Positions 10,867 to 20,803 are shown, counted from the stretch's first letter. The stretch: DNA of 64,000 nt from a virus (IMGVR_UViG_3300037067_017690:1-64000); one strand, 5' to 3'. Program-made: numbers and translations. Notes: generated by a model not told the origin, from the letters alone.

Positions 10867-10902
10867 TAAAACCGGATAAATTAATTTTTATCCGGTTTTT
10901 TT
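10867..10902 (+). terminator. Rho-independent terminator
   Basis: AAAACCGGATAAA/TTTATCCGGTTTT stem followed by T-run. Confidence 0.85.
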
Positions 10903-10911
10903 ATGACTATA

Positions 10912-10926
10912 CGGTATTACTCAATT
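10912..10926 (+). promoter_or_regulatory. Putative leaderless promoter (CGGTAT-N9-ATG)
   Basis: cggtattactcaatt immediately precedes ATG 10927; same geometry at several other genes; no SD. Confidence 0.5.
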
Positions 10927-12849
10927 ATGGAATGCCCTATTTGTCATAAAATTCATAATGGTAAATTATTTTGTAGTAAGACATGTTTTCACAGCAAAGA
11001 AGGTCAACAAATAATGCTTCAGAAAAGGACTCAAACAAACCTTATCAGAATCGGATATGAAAACATTAACCAATCTCCCGAATTTAAAAAACAAAAAGTT
11101 TTGAATTGTGTTGTAAAACATGGTGTCACAAGTACCAATCAACTTCAATCTGTAAAAGATAAGAAGAAGAAAACTTATTTAAATCATCCTAAGGAATTTT
11201 ACGAAGAGATTCAGGATAAAAGAATAGCCACAACACTTGATATCTATGGTGTAGAAAATGTGTTTCAAGCTGATAGCATAAAACAACAAATTTCAGAAAC
11301 AATAAATGAAAAATATGGCAAAGATCATATTTTTCAGACTGACCATTTTAAAGAAAAATCTGCTCAAACTGATTTAGAAAAATATGGTTGTGATCGTCGA
11401 GCAGATTTGAAAGTAATTCAAAAAGGAAAAGATACTAATTTTAAGAAATATGGTGTCACTCATCCGTTAAAATTACAAGAATTTTTGGATAAACGAGAAC
11501 AAACTTGTTTAAAAAAATATAAAGTAAAAAATGTGAATTTAGTCCCTGAAATAAGGGAAAAAATTGAACAAACATGTCTTGAAAAATATGGGTTTATTAA
11601 TGCAATTCAATCTGAATATGTGCAAAATAAAGTGCAAGAAACTAGAAGAAAAAATGGTACTTTTAATACATCAAAGCCAGAAATAGATATTTTCCAAATT
11701 TTAAAAAGTGTATATCCAGATGTTAAAGCCCAATATAAATCGGATCCTCGTTATCCATTTCATTGTGATTTTTATATACCATCGGCAGATTTATTTATAG
11801 AATTACAAGCATTTTGGACGCATGGGAAAAAAATTTTTGATGAAAATGATGAGGAATGTAGACAGGTTTTAAACAAAATGGAAGAAAAATCTTTGACAGA
11901 TAAAATTTATAAAAATGCAATTTATACATGGACTGGTGGAGATGTTAAAAAAAGATTGATAGCAAAAGAAAATAAATTAAATTTTTTAGAAATATTTGAT
12001 TATAACTATGATAATATTTTGATTCAGATAAATCGTGTTATTAATGGTTTATCTTTGTCTTTTTCTCAGGAAGAACTTTTGAGAGAATATCAACTTTTTA
12101 CAATAAAAGATGGTAATTATCAGGCAATGCCTAATAAAAATAAAATAATTTTAAATTTTCAAAAACATTTTTTTGAAAATGAAATTGAATTATTTAAAAC
12201 AGATCATATCCGAAGAAGGAAATTAATAGAAAATAGATGTTTTTATTTAGATAAAAAAGAATCAGAATTAACAGATGCAGACTTATTAAGAGGATTTAAA
12301 AGATCGGGAATTTATCGAGGATTTAGTCATTTTTCTCCTTTATGGATCAAGGCATTTATTGAAGAATTTAATATCAATTCTCTTTATGATCCTTGTGGAG
12401 GATGGGGACATAGATTATTAGGAACAAAGAAAATACAATATATTTATAATGATTCAGATATCAGAACTTACGAAGGAGTAAAAATTATTGCCAATTTTTT
12501 AAAAATGGATAATAAGATATTTTATAATAATGATGCGAGTCAATTTACACCAATTGAAGATTATGAAGCAGTTTTTACTTGTCCTCCTTATTATAATATT
12601 GAAGATTATGGAAATCAATTTATTAATTATGAAGAATGGCAGAAATGGTTTGACCAATTAGTGAAATGTTCTGTTAAACAAAATACTAAATATTTTGCTT
12701 TTGTGATAAATAGTAATTTTGAAAAAGATGTTCAATTAATTTGTCAACAAAATAATCTGAGATTTTTAAAACAAATATTTATTCAAGATCATAAATCTCA
12801 TTTTAATAAACAAACCAATTCAGAATCACTTTATATCTACAATGTATAG
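10927..12849 (+). CDS. Zn-ribbon + EKYG-repeat + PD-(D/E)xK-type endonuclease fused to a DNA amino-methyltransferase
   Basis: CPIC..FCS..C; about 23-aa T.LEKYG repeats; SKPE...CDFYIP...FIELQAFWTH nuclease; LYDPCGGWGHR (SAM motif I) and FTCPPYY (motif IV). Start reassigned to MECP. Confidence 0.8.
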   Translation: MECPICHKIHNGKLFCSKTCFHSKEGQQIMLQKRTQTNLIRIGYENINQSPEFKKQKVLNCVVKHGVTSTNQLQSVKDKKKKTYLNHPKEFYEEIQDKRIATTLDIYGVENVFQADSIKQQISETINEKYGKDHIFQTDHFKEKSAQTDLEKYGCDRRADLKVIQKGKDTNFKKYGVTHPLKLQEFLDKREQTCLKKYKVKNVNLVPEIREKIEQTCLEKYGFINAIQSEYVQNKVQETRRKNGTFNTSKPEIDIFQILKSVYPDVKAQYKSDPRYPFHCDFYIPSADLFIELQAFWTHGKKIFDENDEECRQVLNKMEEKSLTDKIYKNAIYTWTGGDVKKRLIAKENKLNFLEIFDYNYDNILIQINRVINGLSLSFSQEELLREYQLFTIKDGNYQAMPNKNKIILNFQKHFFENEIELFKTDHIRRRKLIENRCFYLDKKESELTDADLLRGFKRSGIYRGFSHFSPLWIKAFIEEFNINSLYDPCGGWGHRLLGTKKIQYIYNDSDIRTYEGVKIIANFLKMDNKIFYNNDASQFTPIEDYEAVFTCPPYYNIEDYGNQFINYEEWQKWFDQLVKCSVKQNTKYFAFVINSNFEKDVQLICQQNNLRFLKQIFIQDHKSHFNKQTNSESLYIYNV

Positions 12850-13396
12850 AACTATTATAGAACTTTCTTGCATGATAAATAATGATGAATATATCATTAA
12901 TTCAGAAAAAGAATTTTCAGAAGATGATTTTCATAAATTTTCAAATCGATATCATTCTTTTTATAATCCACGAATAGTATTATCTCGTAAGATTTACGAT
13001 AAAGAAATTGAACAAGGATTAGATGTGAAATTTCAAGGAAGTAAATTTGATGAAAAACCTCCAGAAATTACATTGTTATTAGATGCTTATTTTCGTATTG
13101 TAAAGCATTTTAGTTGTAGATTAAACACAAACATAAAATCAGATGAATTTTTAGCTACATATATTGGTACCATCTATTATGATTGTATGTCAATGGGGAT
13201 GCCACATTGGGAAATCGCAATTATGAGGCACATTATTAAAAAATATTGTATTGATTTAAATCTTGAAGTTTATCCGAATATGAAAAGTGATAAGTGGCTT
13301 ACGCTAAAAGATTTCATAGAAGAAACTAAACATATCGATGATATCAAAACACTTTCTCATTTAAAAAATTTAGCATTACCTTCGATAATGATTTAA
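12842..13396 (+). CDS. Hypothetical protein
   Basis: 184-aa ORF overlapping the previous stop. Confidence 0.65.
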   Translation: MYRTIIELSCMINNDEYIINSEKEFSEDDFHKFSNRYHSFYNPRIVLSRKIYDKEIEQGLDVKFQGSKFDEKPPEITLLLDAYFRIVKHFSCRLNTNIKSDEFLATYIGTIYYDCMSMGMPHWEIAIMRHIIKKYCIDLNLEVYPNMKSDKWLTLKDFIEETKHIDDIKTLSHLKNLALPSIMI

Positions 13397-13422
13397 AATT
13401 CTTTCAAAAAGGAATTTAAATT

Positions 13423-14067
13423 ATGAATCTTCGTAAAATATCAAGTTTAATTAAAGCACAATTAAAACGAATGACAATACACGTAAAAGAACTTCAATTG
13501 ACACCTCAATTATTAATAAAATTGAGAGAAGCAGGAATTGGACCTAATTCTTTTGTTTGGGCTGATTTATCAAGTGCCAATTATCCATTGACTCCAAATT
13601 ATGTTGAAATGAAACTTCATCAATTATTTAATAAATTGGACATTGGAGCAATTTATGGAATTGACAAAGATAATAATTGGTTTTTATTATTAGAAAAATT
13701 TGGTGGATATGATGTATACACAAATCAAAAAACAAGTGTTTGGTATACTAATTTATCATTAGATAGAGCTATACGATTATTACCTAAGAATAATTATTTT
13801 CTTTATTTTATTCCTACAGAAAATCAAATTCTTGAACAACCTGTTTACGAATTAGATGAAGATGTAGAAAATATACGTATGGTAGCAAAAAGAAAAAGAA
13901 GTGGGCAAGGAAAAGAATGTGATAATTGCGGTCATTATTTAAATGAGGATGATTATGATCGTCCTGGTTCATGGAGTTATAGATGCCCAAATTGTGAATT
14001 CAAATATAATCATGGAGGCAGAACTCCAGAAGAACAAGTAAAAAGATTTTTGAAAGAACAAAATTAA
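13423..14067 (+). CDS. Leader-bearing protein, paralog of 21617..22189, with C-terminal Zn ribbon
   Basis: MNLRKISSLIKA leader; N.FVW.D..S.N..L...Y..MKL.Q...GAIYG shared with 21617; CDNC...CPNC. Confidence 0.75.
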   Translation: MNLRKISSLIKAQLKRMTIHVKELQLTPQLLIKLREAGIGPNSFVWADLSSANYPLTPNYVEMKLHQLFNKLDIGAIYGIDKDNNWFLLLEKFGGYDVYTNQKTSVWYTNLSLDRAIRLLPKNNYFLYFIPTENQILEQPVYELDEDVENIRMVAKRKRSGQGKECDNCGHYLNEDDYDRPGSWSYRCPNCEFKYNHGGRTPEEQVKRFLKEQN

Positions 14068-14119
14068 AAACAGTTAGTTAGGGTATAAGTAAGTTAGTTA
14101 CAAGTTAAGGAGTATAACT

Positions 14120-14629
14120 ATGTCAGATTTATTAAAATCTTTAAAAGAAGCATTAGTTTCCCAAAGAATAACAGCGGAAACAACAGTTGGTGGCCACACT
14201 TGGTCATTCAGATCATTGAATGAAGGTGAAGAATTATGGAGAGATAAATTCATAAATCTTGAATATGGCACCAATAATCTTGCTTTAATTACCACCGAGA
14301 GAATTTCAACACTTGCAATAGGTATTTCTGCAATTGATGGAAAACTTGTAGAAGAAGTATTTGAAATTTCTATGCATTTTACTCCTGAACAGAAAGAATA
14401 TGCAGCAGCAGAAGCTATGCTCGATTTGTTGAAAGAAGCAGATAGAGAAGTAGTTACTCAATTGCGTAATGAATATATTTCATTGATTCTTGAAAAACAA
14501 GAAGAGTTAAAAAAAAATTTACCGAACTCTACACCAAGCTTAGAAAAACCGATTATGTCTTCAATGCCAGACAATATGTTATCTCCAGAAAAGGAATCAC
14601 TTCGTCCTCATCGCAAGCAAAAAGTATGA
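14120..14629 (+). CDS. Tail assembly chaperone (gpG-like)
   Basis: WSFRSLNEGEE, LAIGISAIDG; slippery A9 tract near the 3' end. Confidence 0.75.
   Translation: MSDLLKSLKEALVSQRITAETTVGGHTWSFRSLNEGEELWRDKFINLEYGTNNLALITTERISTLAIGISAIDGKLVEEVFEISMHFTPEQKEYAAAEAMLDLLKEADREVVTQLRNEYISLILEKQEELKKNLPNSTPSLEKPIMSSMPDNMLSPEKESLRPHRKQKV
14507..14520 (+). promoter_or_regulatory. Programmed -1 ribosomal frameshift site
   Basis: TTAAAAAAAAATTT; the -1 frame (KKFTELYTKLRKTDYVFNARQY...) stays open into 14626..15261. Confidence 0.75.
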
Positions 14630-15261
14630 CCGATTTATGCTGGATTGCTGAATATATAGAACTAAAAGAACGTGAAGATGAAGATCATAATCATTTGGCT
14701 AAAATGTTAGGTGTATTCCTTGATAAAAAAGATTTAGAAAATTATTTTGGAAGTGGTGGAGAAGAAAATAAAAAATCTGGTCCATTAACAAATTTCTTTT
14801 ATCCATTAGCATTTGCGCTTAATCATAATTATTTTGAAGCTATTAAAAAATCATTTAAAGATCATCGCACTAGTGATATACATAAAATATATAAAGCATG
14901 GAGATCTGGAATTAGCATTAAAGAGATGCAAGAACAAGGTATATTGGCTCCAGGAATTAAAATTACAAATACAGATGATTTTACTGAGATTATAAAAGCT
15001 AATTTATCAGGAGAATCACAAAGAACTCCATTTGGAGAATTGGAAGTAATTAATTTATATAATGAAGATTTTGATCAAGATTATTTAAATTTTATTAATG
15101 AATTACAAACTGCAGAAATGGCAAAAGTAGAACGAAAGAGATTTGAAAAAATGAAAATATATGAGGGAGTTGATCCATCTACAATAATTGATCCTTTTGA
15201 AGATGTTGTTCCGAAACAAAAATCTGGAATTACAATAAATACAAGGACTAAAAATGGTTGA
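14626..15261 (+). CDS. Tail assembly chaperone, frameshift extension (gpT-like)
   Basis: In the -1 frame relative to 14120, open back to the slippery site; MTDLCWIAEY. Confidence 0.7.
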   Translation: MTDLCWIAEYIELKEREDEDHNHLAKMLGVFLDKKDLENYFGSGGEENKKSGPLTNFFYPLAFALNHNYFEAIKKSFKDHRTSDIHKIYKAWRSGISIKEMQEQGILAPGIKITNTDDFTEIIKANLSGESQRTPFGELEVINLYNEDFDQDYLNFINELQTAEMAKVERKRFEKMKIYEGVDPSTIIDPFEDVVPKQKSGITINTRTKNG

Positions 15262-16030
15262 TAAAACAAATACAGAAAGAAATAAAAAAAGTTCATTTGA
15301 TATAAATCAAAAAGTTTCAAAATTAGAAGCTGATAGTAAAAAAGCAACAGCAGATATGGCAAAATTGGCACAAAAAATAGAAACAATACAAGCTAAAAGT
15401 ATGTTTCTTGGAACTCAACCGCCCGAAGAAAAAGATCGACCATGGTTAAATACTGAATCAGGACATGTATTTGGTTTTGATCCAATGAGAAATGAATGGT
15501 TGTCTGTGACTACTGAAATGATTTATTCATCAATTTTAGAATTAAAAGATGTAAGAAGAATAGCATTTGCTATGAATTCAGGACATCCAGTACCTTATGA
15601 TTCTATAATTGTGGGAATGTCAGTTGCGGCAGCAAAAATTAAAGTTGATGAAATGAGATCTTTAACTGGAGGAAGACCAGAAAGAACAAACGGAGTATTA
15701 CAAGTTCAATTTTATATTGATGAAATAAAACAATGTTACGATATTATCTTAAAAGATGGATGTTCAACTGATATGACATTAAATATTCCTCTAAAAGCAG
15801 GAGCACTAATTAATAGTATTTCGATTGCGTCTACGGGGACAAGTAATAATGAAAAATGGAGTATGGATCGTGTTGTTTTTTATGTAAAATGGTTGGGATC
15901 AGCTAAAACTATCAGTGGAGGATGGGTAAAAGGTGATTGCATTACTGACGTGGCAACTGTTGATCTTTCAAAAATAAAAACCGCTCAAGAAAAATTAACT
16001 CAAGCTTCTACTACTGAAACTTCTGCTTAA
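15254..16030 (+). CDS. Hypothetical, probably virion-associated protein
   Basis: Coiled-coil N-terminus followed by a beta-rich domain; structural gene context. Confidence 0.55.
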   Translation: MVDKTNTERNKKSSFDINQKVSKLEADSKKATADMAKLAQKIETIQAKSMFLGTQPPEEKDRPWLNTESGHVFGFDPMRNEWLSVTTEMIYSSILELKDVRRIAFAMNSGHPVPYDSIIVGMSVAAAKIKVDEMRSLTGGRPERTNGVLQVQFYIDEIKQCYDIILKDGCSTDMTLNIPLKAGALINSISIASTGTSNNEKWSMDRVVFYVKWLGSAKTISGGWVKGDCITDVATVDLSKIKTAQEKLTQASTTETSA

Positions 16031-16048
16031 AAAGGGTAAAATTATTTT

Positions 16049-16432
16049 ATGTCTACTACATGGAAAATTGCTGAAGATACAAAAGATATTGTAATTGATG
16101 GATTTGGAAATTTCCAAGAAATTACAGAAAAAACAAAATTAGAACAAGACATTAGCGAATTTTTGCAATTTTCTTTAAATGAAATTATTGGCGCTCAGGG
16201 TAAAAATTCTAGAAATACATTCATAATCAGGGCAAAAATTCGAGAAGCTATTGAACAATTGATGGCAGTTCAAGAATTAAGACGTGATATTACATCTGAT
16301 AAAGAACGAATAAAAAGAATAGTCACAATTGAAGTTAATCCTATTGATGGATCAAAAACTAATTATAGTTTTTATGTAGAAGTTCAAAGCATTGACGGGA
16401 AAATATCAACAAGTAGTGGAACAATTAAATAA
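16049..16432 (+). CDS. Baseplate wedge protein (T4 gp25-like)
   Basis: DIVIDGFG...KLEQDI...ERIKRIVTIEV pattern; 127 aa. Confidence 0.65.
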   Translation: MSTTWKIAEDTKDIVIDGFGNFQEITEKTKLEQDISEFLQFSLNEIIGAQGKNSRNTFIIRAKIREAIEQLMAVQELRRDITSDKERIKRIVTIEVNPIDGSKTNYSFYVEVQSIDGKISTSSGTIK

Positions 16433-16605
16433 GCTCCTCTGCTCCATAATCCACTTCCCCAAAATTTAGATTGCTTCAAATCTTTAAGAAATGATTATAT
16501 ACTCTTTATTGCCGAAAAGTCTATAGAGCCAGGTCTCAGCCAATAGACCATACGTATCACATCTGGTTGGTACAAGCCTTCAGCCTTGTGCTGAAAGTAG
16601 TTGAC
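16433..16605. mobile_element. IS200/IS605 remnant: Y1 transposase fragment (-) plus right-end hairpin (+)
   Basis: Minus strand reads SAIKSI*SFLKDLKQSKFWGSGLWSRGAY (IS200 TnpA-like motif with a stop). Plus strand ends CAAGCCTTCAGC-CTTGT-GCTGAAAGTAGTTGAC, an IS605-type end hairpin. Confidence 0.7.
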
Positions 16606-16626
16606 TATACACTTATAATTTTTATT

Positions 16627-19623
16627 ATGTTTGAAAAGAATTCTGTAAGAATCCCAACAGTTATAAAAGATTCAAATGGCGTCATCATTGATTACGCTTA
16701 CGAAGATTTTATCATCCATGACACTACTTATGATCGAGTCTCCGATTTCTGGAGAAACAATAATGCAGTCACTTGGTATGATGAAGATAAAATGCGAATT
16801 GATTTCGATAATGTTCTGTATTATAATCAGCCAAATACTGATATGTTTTCACAATTAGGATTCGAAGTCAATCAAATGACTTGGTTTCATAGTTACACCA
16901 TTCCATGGTCGTGTGAATCTGTAAGCAATGAGAAATTAACAGATTTTTTTTGTTTTACGCGAGTTGATTCTCAAGAATGGGAATGTTGGTTCAAAGAATA
17001 TTCATCTACTGATTATCAGACTTTAGTTACTCGTGTGGATACAGCAAATTTTTACACTTATAAAAAAATTCCTCTTATTATAAATTCAATTTTTTCTAAT
17101 GGAATTAAACATATTACTCAAATTCCAAATAGTTCTAAATATAAAACTTCTGGTTGGTTGCTTGCCACAGGAGTGAGAGGTGAAAAAGAGCGATTATTCT
17201 TTTTAAAACCTGATTGTGATACAAATAATTTTGTTCCAGTATTCAATGAATTCGGAAATATCTATGAACCACTTTTATTTGGAATAATTGGAGAACCAGA
17301 TTCCAACGGAATTGCATGGGCTAGCGTAATAGAAATCGGTGAATATTTGAGAATGTGGTACGAAGCTTATAATGGCTCTAATTACTGTATTTGCACTGCT
17401 GTTTCCTATGACGGGTGGACTTGGTATAAGGAAGGTGTTGTTATTGGTTTGGGGACTGTATTTGATTCTGTAGGAGCTTCTAGACCGTTCATTAAATATT
17501 ATTCTGCTGCTGATAGATATAAATTATATTATACAGGATATGATGGGAGTCTTTTCAGAATTTTATCAGCTGTGTCAATTGATGGAGGAATGATTTTTGA
17601 AAAGACAAACCAAGTAGAATATTACGATCCAAACTCAGATGTATTCAAATATGGAATCCGAAGTTTTTCTGAAGACGGAAATAAACGATATATTGATAAA
17701 GAAAATAATGTTGAAGTTTTTAGGTCTATTTATTTCTTAGAAGTTGTTACTACTGGTATAAAAACAATGATTACTCGTGCTCCAGGAATGCGAGATCCAT
17801 ATTATCGTAGTGCCCTGAATACTCATCCATCAAAAGTTGGGATTCTGATGAAAAAGAATCAATTGACTATTTATAATTTAACAATGAGTCTTCCCGAAAT
17901 GTGGATGATGTTTCCAATCGGACCGCAAAAAGCTCTGAGAACTTCTACTAAATTTTTTTTGCAAACTGTTAATGGTAAATTATTTGTCTTAAGAATAAAT
18001 ATTCACGATCCATCTATTGTTGTAATTGATTTTGAAAATGATATCATCTATGAATTAAATGGAATTCAAAGTAAAAAATTCGAAAAGAATATCATGAATC
18101 GCGATCAAGATGGAATCTATACAAATTGGGATAGAGTTCTCCTTGCAGCAAATTATGTTCACAATATTTCAGCGACTACAATTCCCTCGAAACCACCTCA
18201 ATCTTGGTCACAATTTGGAACTCCATGGTCGAATTTGGTGACTGCTGTCAATAACTTAACAACTTCTGATCAAACAGTTACTTTTTCCTACAGTTTTATG
18301 TTGGCGGGGGTGTCAGTCCCTGGAAGTAAAACCACTACGACAATTCAAAGTACTTATGTAACGAATTCACAATTTAAAGATGAAATCATTTCAGCATTTA
18401 CAGAATGGAAAAATTTATTAGAAATTACATTTCATGTTTCAAATGGATATACTCACAATCTCACTGTGAATTTCACAAATCTTGGAAATGAAACAGGAAC
18501 TTCAGTTCCCAGTGATCCCACATATGGGACATATGTTTTACCTCATGCAAATAATATTGGAGATTTCAGATTTGGAATGTATAACATTGATGAATCTGGA
18601 AATACAGTTGCTTGGGCATATTCTCCAGGACAAGTTGCTGGAGGTATCGGTTATGTTGGGGGCGATGTTCATTTTGATAGTGCTGAAATTTGGAGGATGG
18701 ATACCGATCAAACGAATGGAGGAGTTAGTATAAAAATGACAGCTGCTCATGAAATAGGACATATATTAGGATTAGGACATGATACAAATTTACAATCGAT
18801 AATGTATGATTTCATTTCTTATGCAGATAATTTTTATGAACTATTTCCATTTGGATTAGAAAATTCTATTTATGAACGATTAGCATTGGTTGGTATTTAT
18901 GATGAAGTAAAAGAAAATTCTCCGGATACTTATTTAGGAGTTTGTACGGAAGAAGGATTTGATTTCATCAATATTAGTCAAAATACAAAGACAATATTTT
19001 TACAGAAAGATGGGACAAATTTTGAGCCAATTTGGTGTGATGTTAATCGTTATGGAGATGCTTATATAGTATTGAAAAATTTTTCAAATAATAATACTTA
19101 TATAGCAGTTTACTATAAAATTCATTTAAAAGCATCAGAAACATATTTTGGAGAACATATAGATATAATTTATGCAATGGAATTTGGTTCTATTCCATCA
19201 GGAGCGTATAATTTAATTGCGGGAATCTATGGATCCGATGTAATAGAATCAGTGAAAGTGACGAATCGAGGTTCGAAACATAATATTGATTCTAATAAGA
19301 TTATTGTAACTACTGATAATGCGGGAATTACAATAATTGATGAATGGCAAAGTACTGAAGGATCTGGGACTTCTCAATATTATGGAGCAGTTACAAATGT
19401 TGGATTGGGAATACCGAAAAATTTAGAAGGATTTTCAAACCATTTTTTACCTGCTTGTGTTTATGATGATAAATTATATGCAATATCGGATTCGATATTG
19501 TTAGATGATTATTTGAATAAATATGAAATTACGTTAGCGGAATTGATTGAAAATTATGGTAATGTAATTGGAGGAACAGAAGAAAATACTTTAAATAAAT
19601 TTGATTTTGCAGAACATAAATAG
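16627..19623 (+). CDS. Large virion-type protein with glycosidase-like propeller repeats and a matrixin (M10) metalloprotease domain
   Basis: RMWYEA...AVSYDGWTW and KLYYTG...AVSIDGG repeats; GDVHFD, HEIGHILGLGH and Met-turn SIMY. Start reassigned to MFEKNS. Confidence 0.75.
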   Translation: MFEKNSVRIPTVIKDSNGVIIDYAYEDFIIHDTTYDRVSDFWRNNNAVTWYDEDKMRIDFDNVLYYNQPNTDMFSQLGFEVNQMTWFHSYTIPWSCESVSNEKLTDFFCFTRVDSQEWECWFKEYSSTDYQTLVTRVDTANFYTYKKIPLIINSIFSNGIKHITQIPNSSKYKTSGWLLATGVRGEKERLFFLKPDCDTNNFVPVFNEFGNIYEPLLFGIIGEPDSNGIAWASVIEIGEYLRMWYEAYNGSNYCICTAVSYDGWTWYKEGVVIGLGTVFDSVGASRPFIKYYSAADRYKLYYTGYDGSLFRILSAVSIDGGMIFEKTNQVEYYDPNSDVFKYGIRSFSEDGNKRYIDKENNVEVFRSIYFLEVVTTGIKTMITRAPGMRDPYYRSALNTHPSKVGILMKKNQLTIYNLTMSLPEMWMMFPIGPQKALRTSTKFFLQTVNGKLFVLRINIHDPSIVVIDFENDIIYELNGIQSKKFEKNIMNRDQDGIYTNWDRVLLAANYVHNISATTIPSKPPQSWSQFGTPWSNLVTAVNNLTTSDQTVTFSYSFMLAGVSVPGSKTTTTIQSTYVTNSQFKDEIISAFTEWKNLLEITFHVSNGYTHNLTVNFTNLGNETGTSVPSDPTYGTYVLPHANNIGDFRFGMYNIDESGNTVAWAYSPGQVAGGIGYVGGDVHFDSAEIWRMDTDQTNGGVSIKMTAAHEIGHILGLGHDTNLQSIMYDFISYADNFYELFPFGLENSIYERLALVGIYDEVKENSPDTYLGVCTEEGFDFINISQNTKTIFLQKDGTNFEPIWCDVNRYGDAYIVLKNFSNNNTYIAVYYKIHLKASETYFGEHIDIIYAMEFGSIPSGAYNLIAGIYGSDVIESVKVTNRGSKHNIDSNKIIVTTDNAGITIIDEWQSTEGSGTSQYYGAVTNVGLGIPKNLEGFSNHFLPACVYDDKLYAISDSILLDDYLNKYEITLAELIENYGNVIGGTEENTLNKFDFAEHK

Positions 19624-19635
19624 GAGTTAAAAATC

Positions 19636-20481
19636 ATGATCAGAAAAATATCAGAAAAATTAAAAAGATTAGCAGAAGACAAAAGACCTGCTGATGGAAT
19701 CCAGGCACCACTTCCGAGTATTTTTTCGGATACCGAAACTGATGATTGGAAGAAAAGACGTGATAAAAGAAGAAAATGTGATTTTGAATTAGCTCCTAAT
19801 GTGCGTGAAATCGCAGCAGCTTTGAAAAAGAATATGACAAAATCAGCTACTAGCTTAACTAATTTTATGATGAGTCATTCTTCCGAATTGGCAGATGCTG
19901 TTCATTATTTAAAACAATTACATGCAGCTGGTGAAGAACTTTATACAAAAATTGATGAAAATGAATGGGAAGAAACTTATTCCAGATATGATAAAAATGT
20001 TCAGCAAGAAGTAGAACATTGGATTGACCAAGGATCTGTTGATGTTCATCAAATTGCTGATTTTGCAATTGATAATATGAATCGTTATGGAACAGAACCA
20101 CAATTTGTTCTTGAAGCTATTGAACGTACTTACAATTTAGCAAAAAGAAATAAAGTTGTGGCTTCTTTTTCTTCCGGTGCTAAAACTGGTGCTGATTCTA
20201 CAATTCCTACTCCTGGTGAATACGATCCTGGAACTGGAGATGGGAAAGTATATCCTGGAGTTTATGGCAGAGATTCTGAATGGAGAGAAAGGAAAAAACA
20301 AACTGATACCGATGTCATGAGAGAAACAAAACAAGAAAAAGCCATCAATGATAATACTGATCCAGATTCAGCAACTGGGAAAGGAAATAAATTTCAGGGA
20401 CCGTATGGCAGAGATTCTGAATGGAGAGAAAAGAAAGTTTCTTATTATAGAAAGAAATTAGCAGAAAGATCGAAGAATTAA
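19636..20481 (+). CDS. Leader-bearing low-complexity protein (possible internal head protein)
   Basis: MIRKISEKLKRLA leader; duplicated YGRDSEWRE motif. Confidence 0.65.
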   Translation: MIRKISEKLKRLAEDKRPADGIQAPLPSIFSDTETDDWKKRRDKRRKCDFELAPNVREIAAALKKNMTKSATSLTNFMMSHSSELADAVHYLKQLHAAGEELYTKIDENEWEETYSRYDKNVQQEVEHWIDQGSVDVHQIADFAIDNMNRYGTEPQFVLEAIERTYNLAKRNKVVASFSSGAKTGADSTIPTPGEYDPGTGDGKVYPGVYGRDSEWRERKKQTDTDVMRETKQEKAINDNTDPDSATGKGNKFQGPYGRDSEWREKKVSYYRKKLAERSKN

Positions 20482-20508
20482 AATTTAATCTTAAAGGAGA
20501 TTTAATTC

Positions 20509-20802
20509 ATGGGTAAAGTTGGACAATTTTCTGCAAATTCAAAAACTATTATAACTGATGGTGAAAATGAGGCGATATTAAAATCTGATGGTAGTTTAAA
20601 AGTTATTGAATCAGATACTTCTGTTGAACCAGGAGCAGAAATTCGATTGAAGTTCAATATTAAAGGCGAATTGATTTTTATTGAAAAAATTATTGGCACT
20701 ACATTACAAAGGAAAAAAGTAACTGATACTAATTATTCTGGTGGTACAAATTTGTCTGATGTAACCAGAACTTTAATATTCCCAAAATATGAGGTAGCTT
20801 AA
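20509..20802 (+). CDS. Hypothetical protein
   Basis: ORF with AGGAG SD. Confidence 0.65.
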   Translation: MGKVGQFSANSKTIITDGENEAILKSDGSLKVIESDTSVEPGAEIRLKFNIKGELIFIEKIIGTTLQRKKVTDTNYSGGTNLSDVTRTLIFPKYEVA

Positions 20803-20803
20803 T

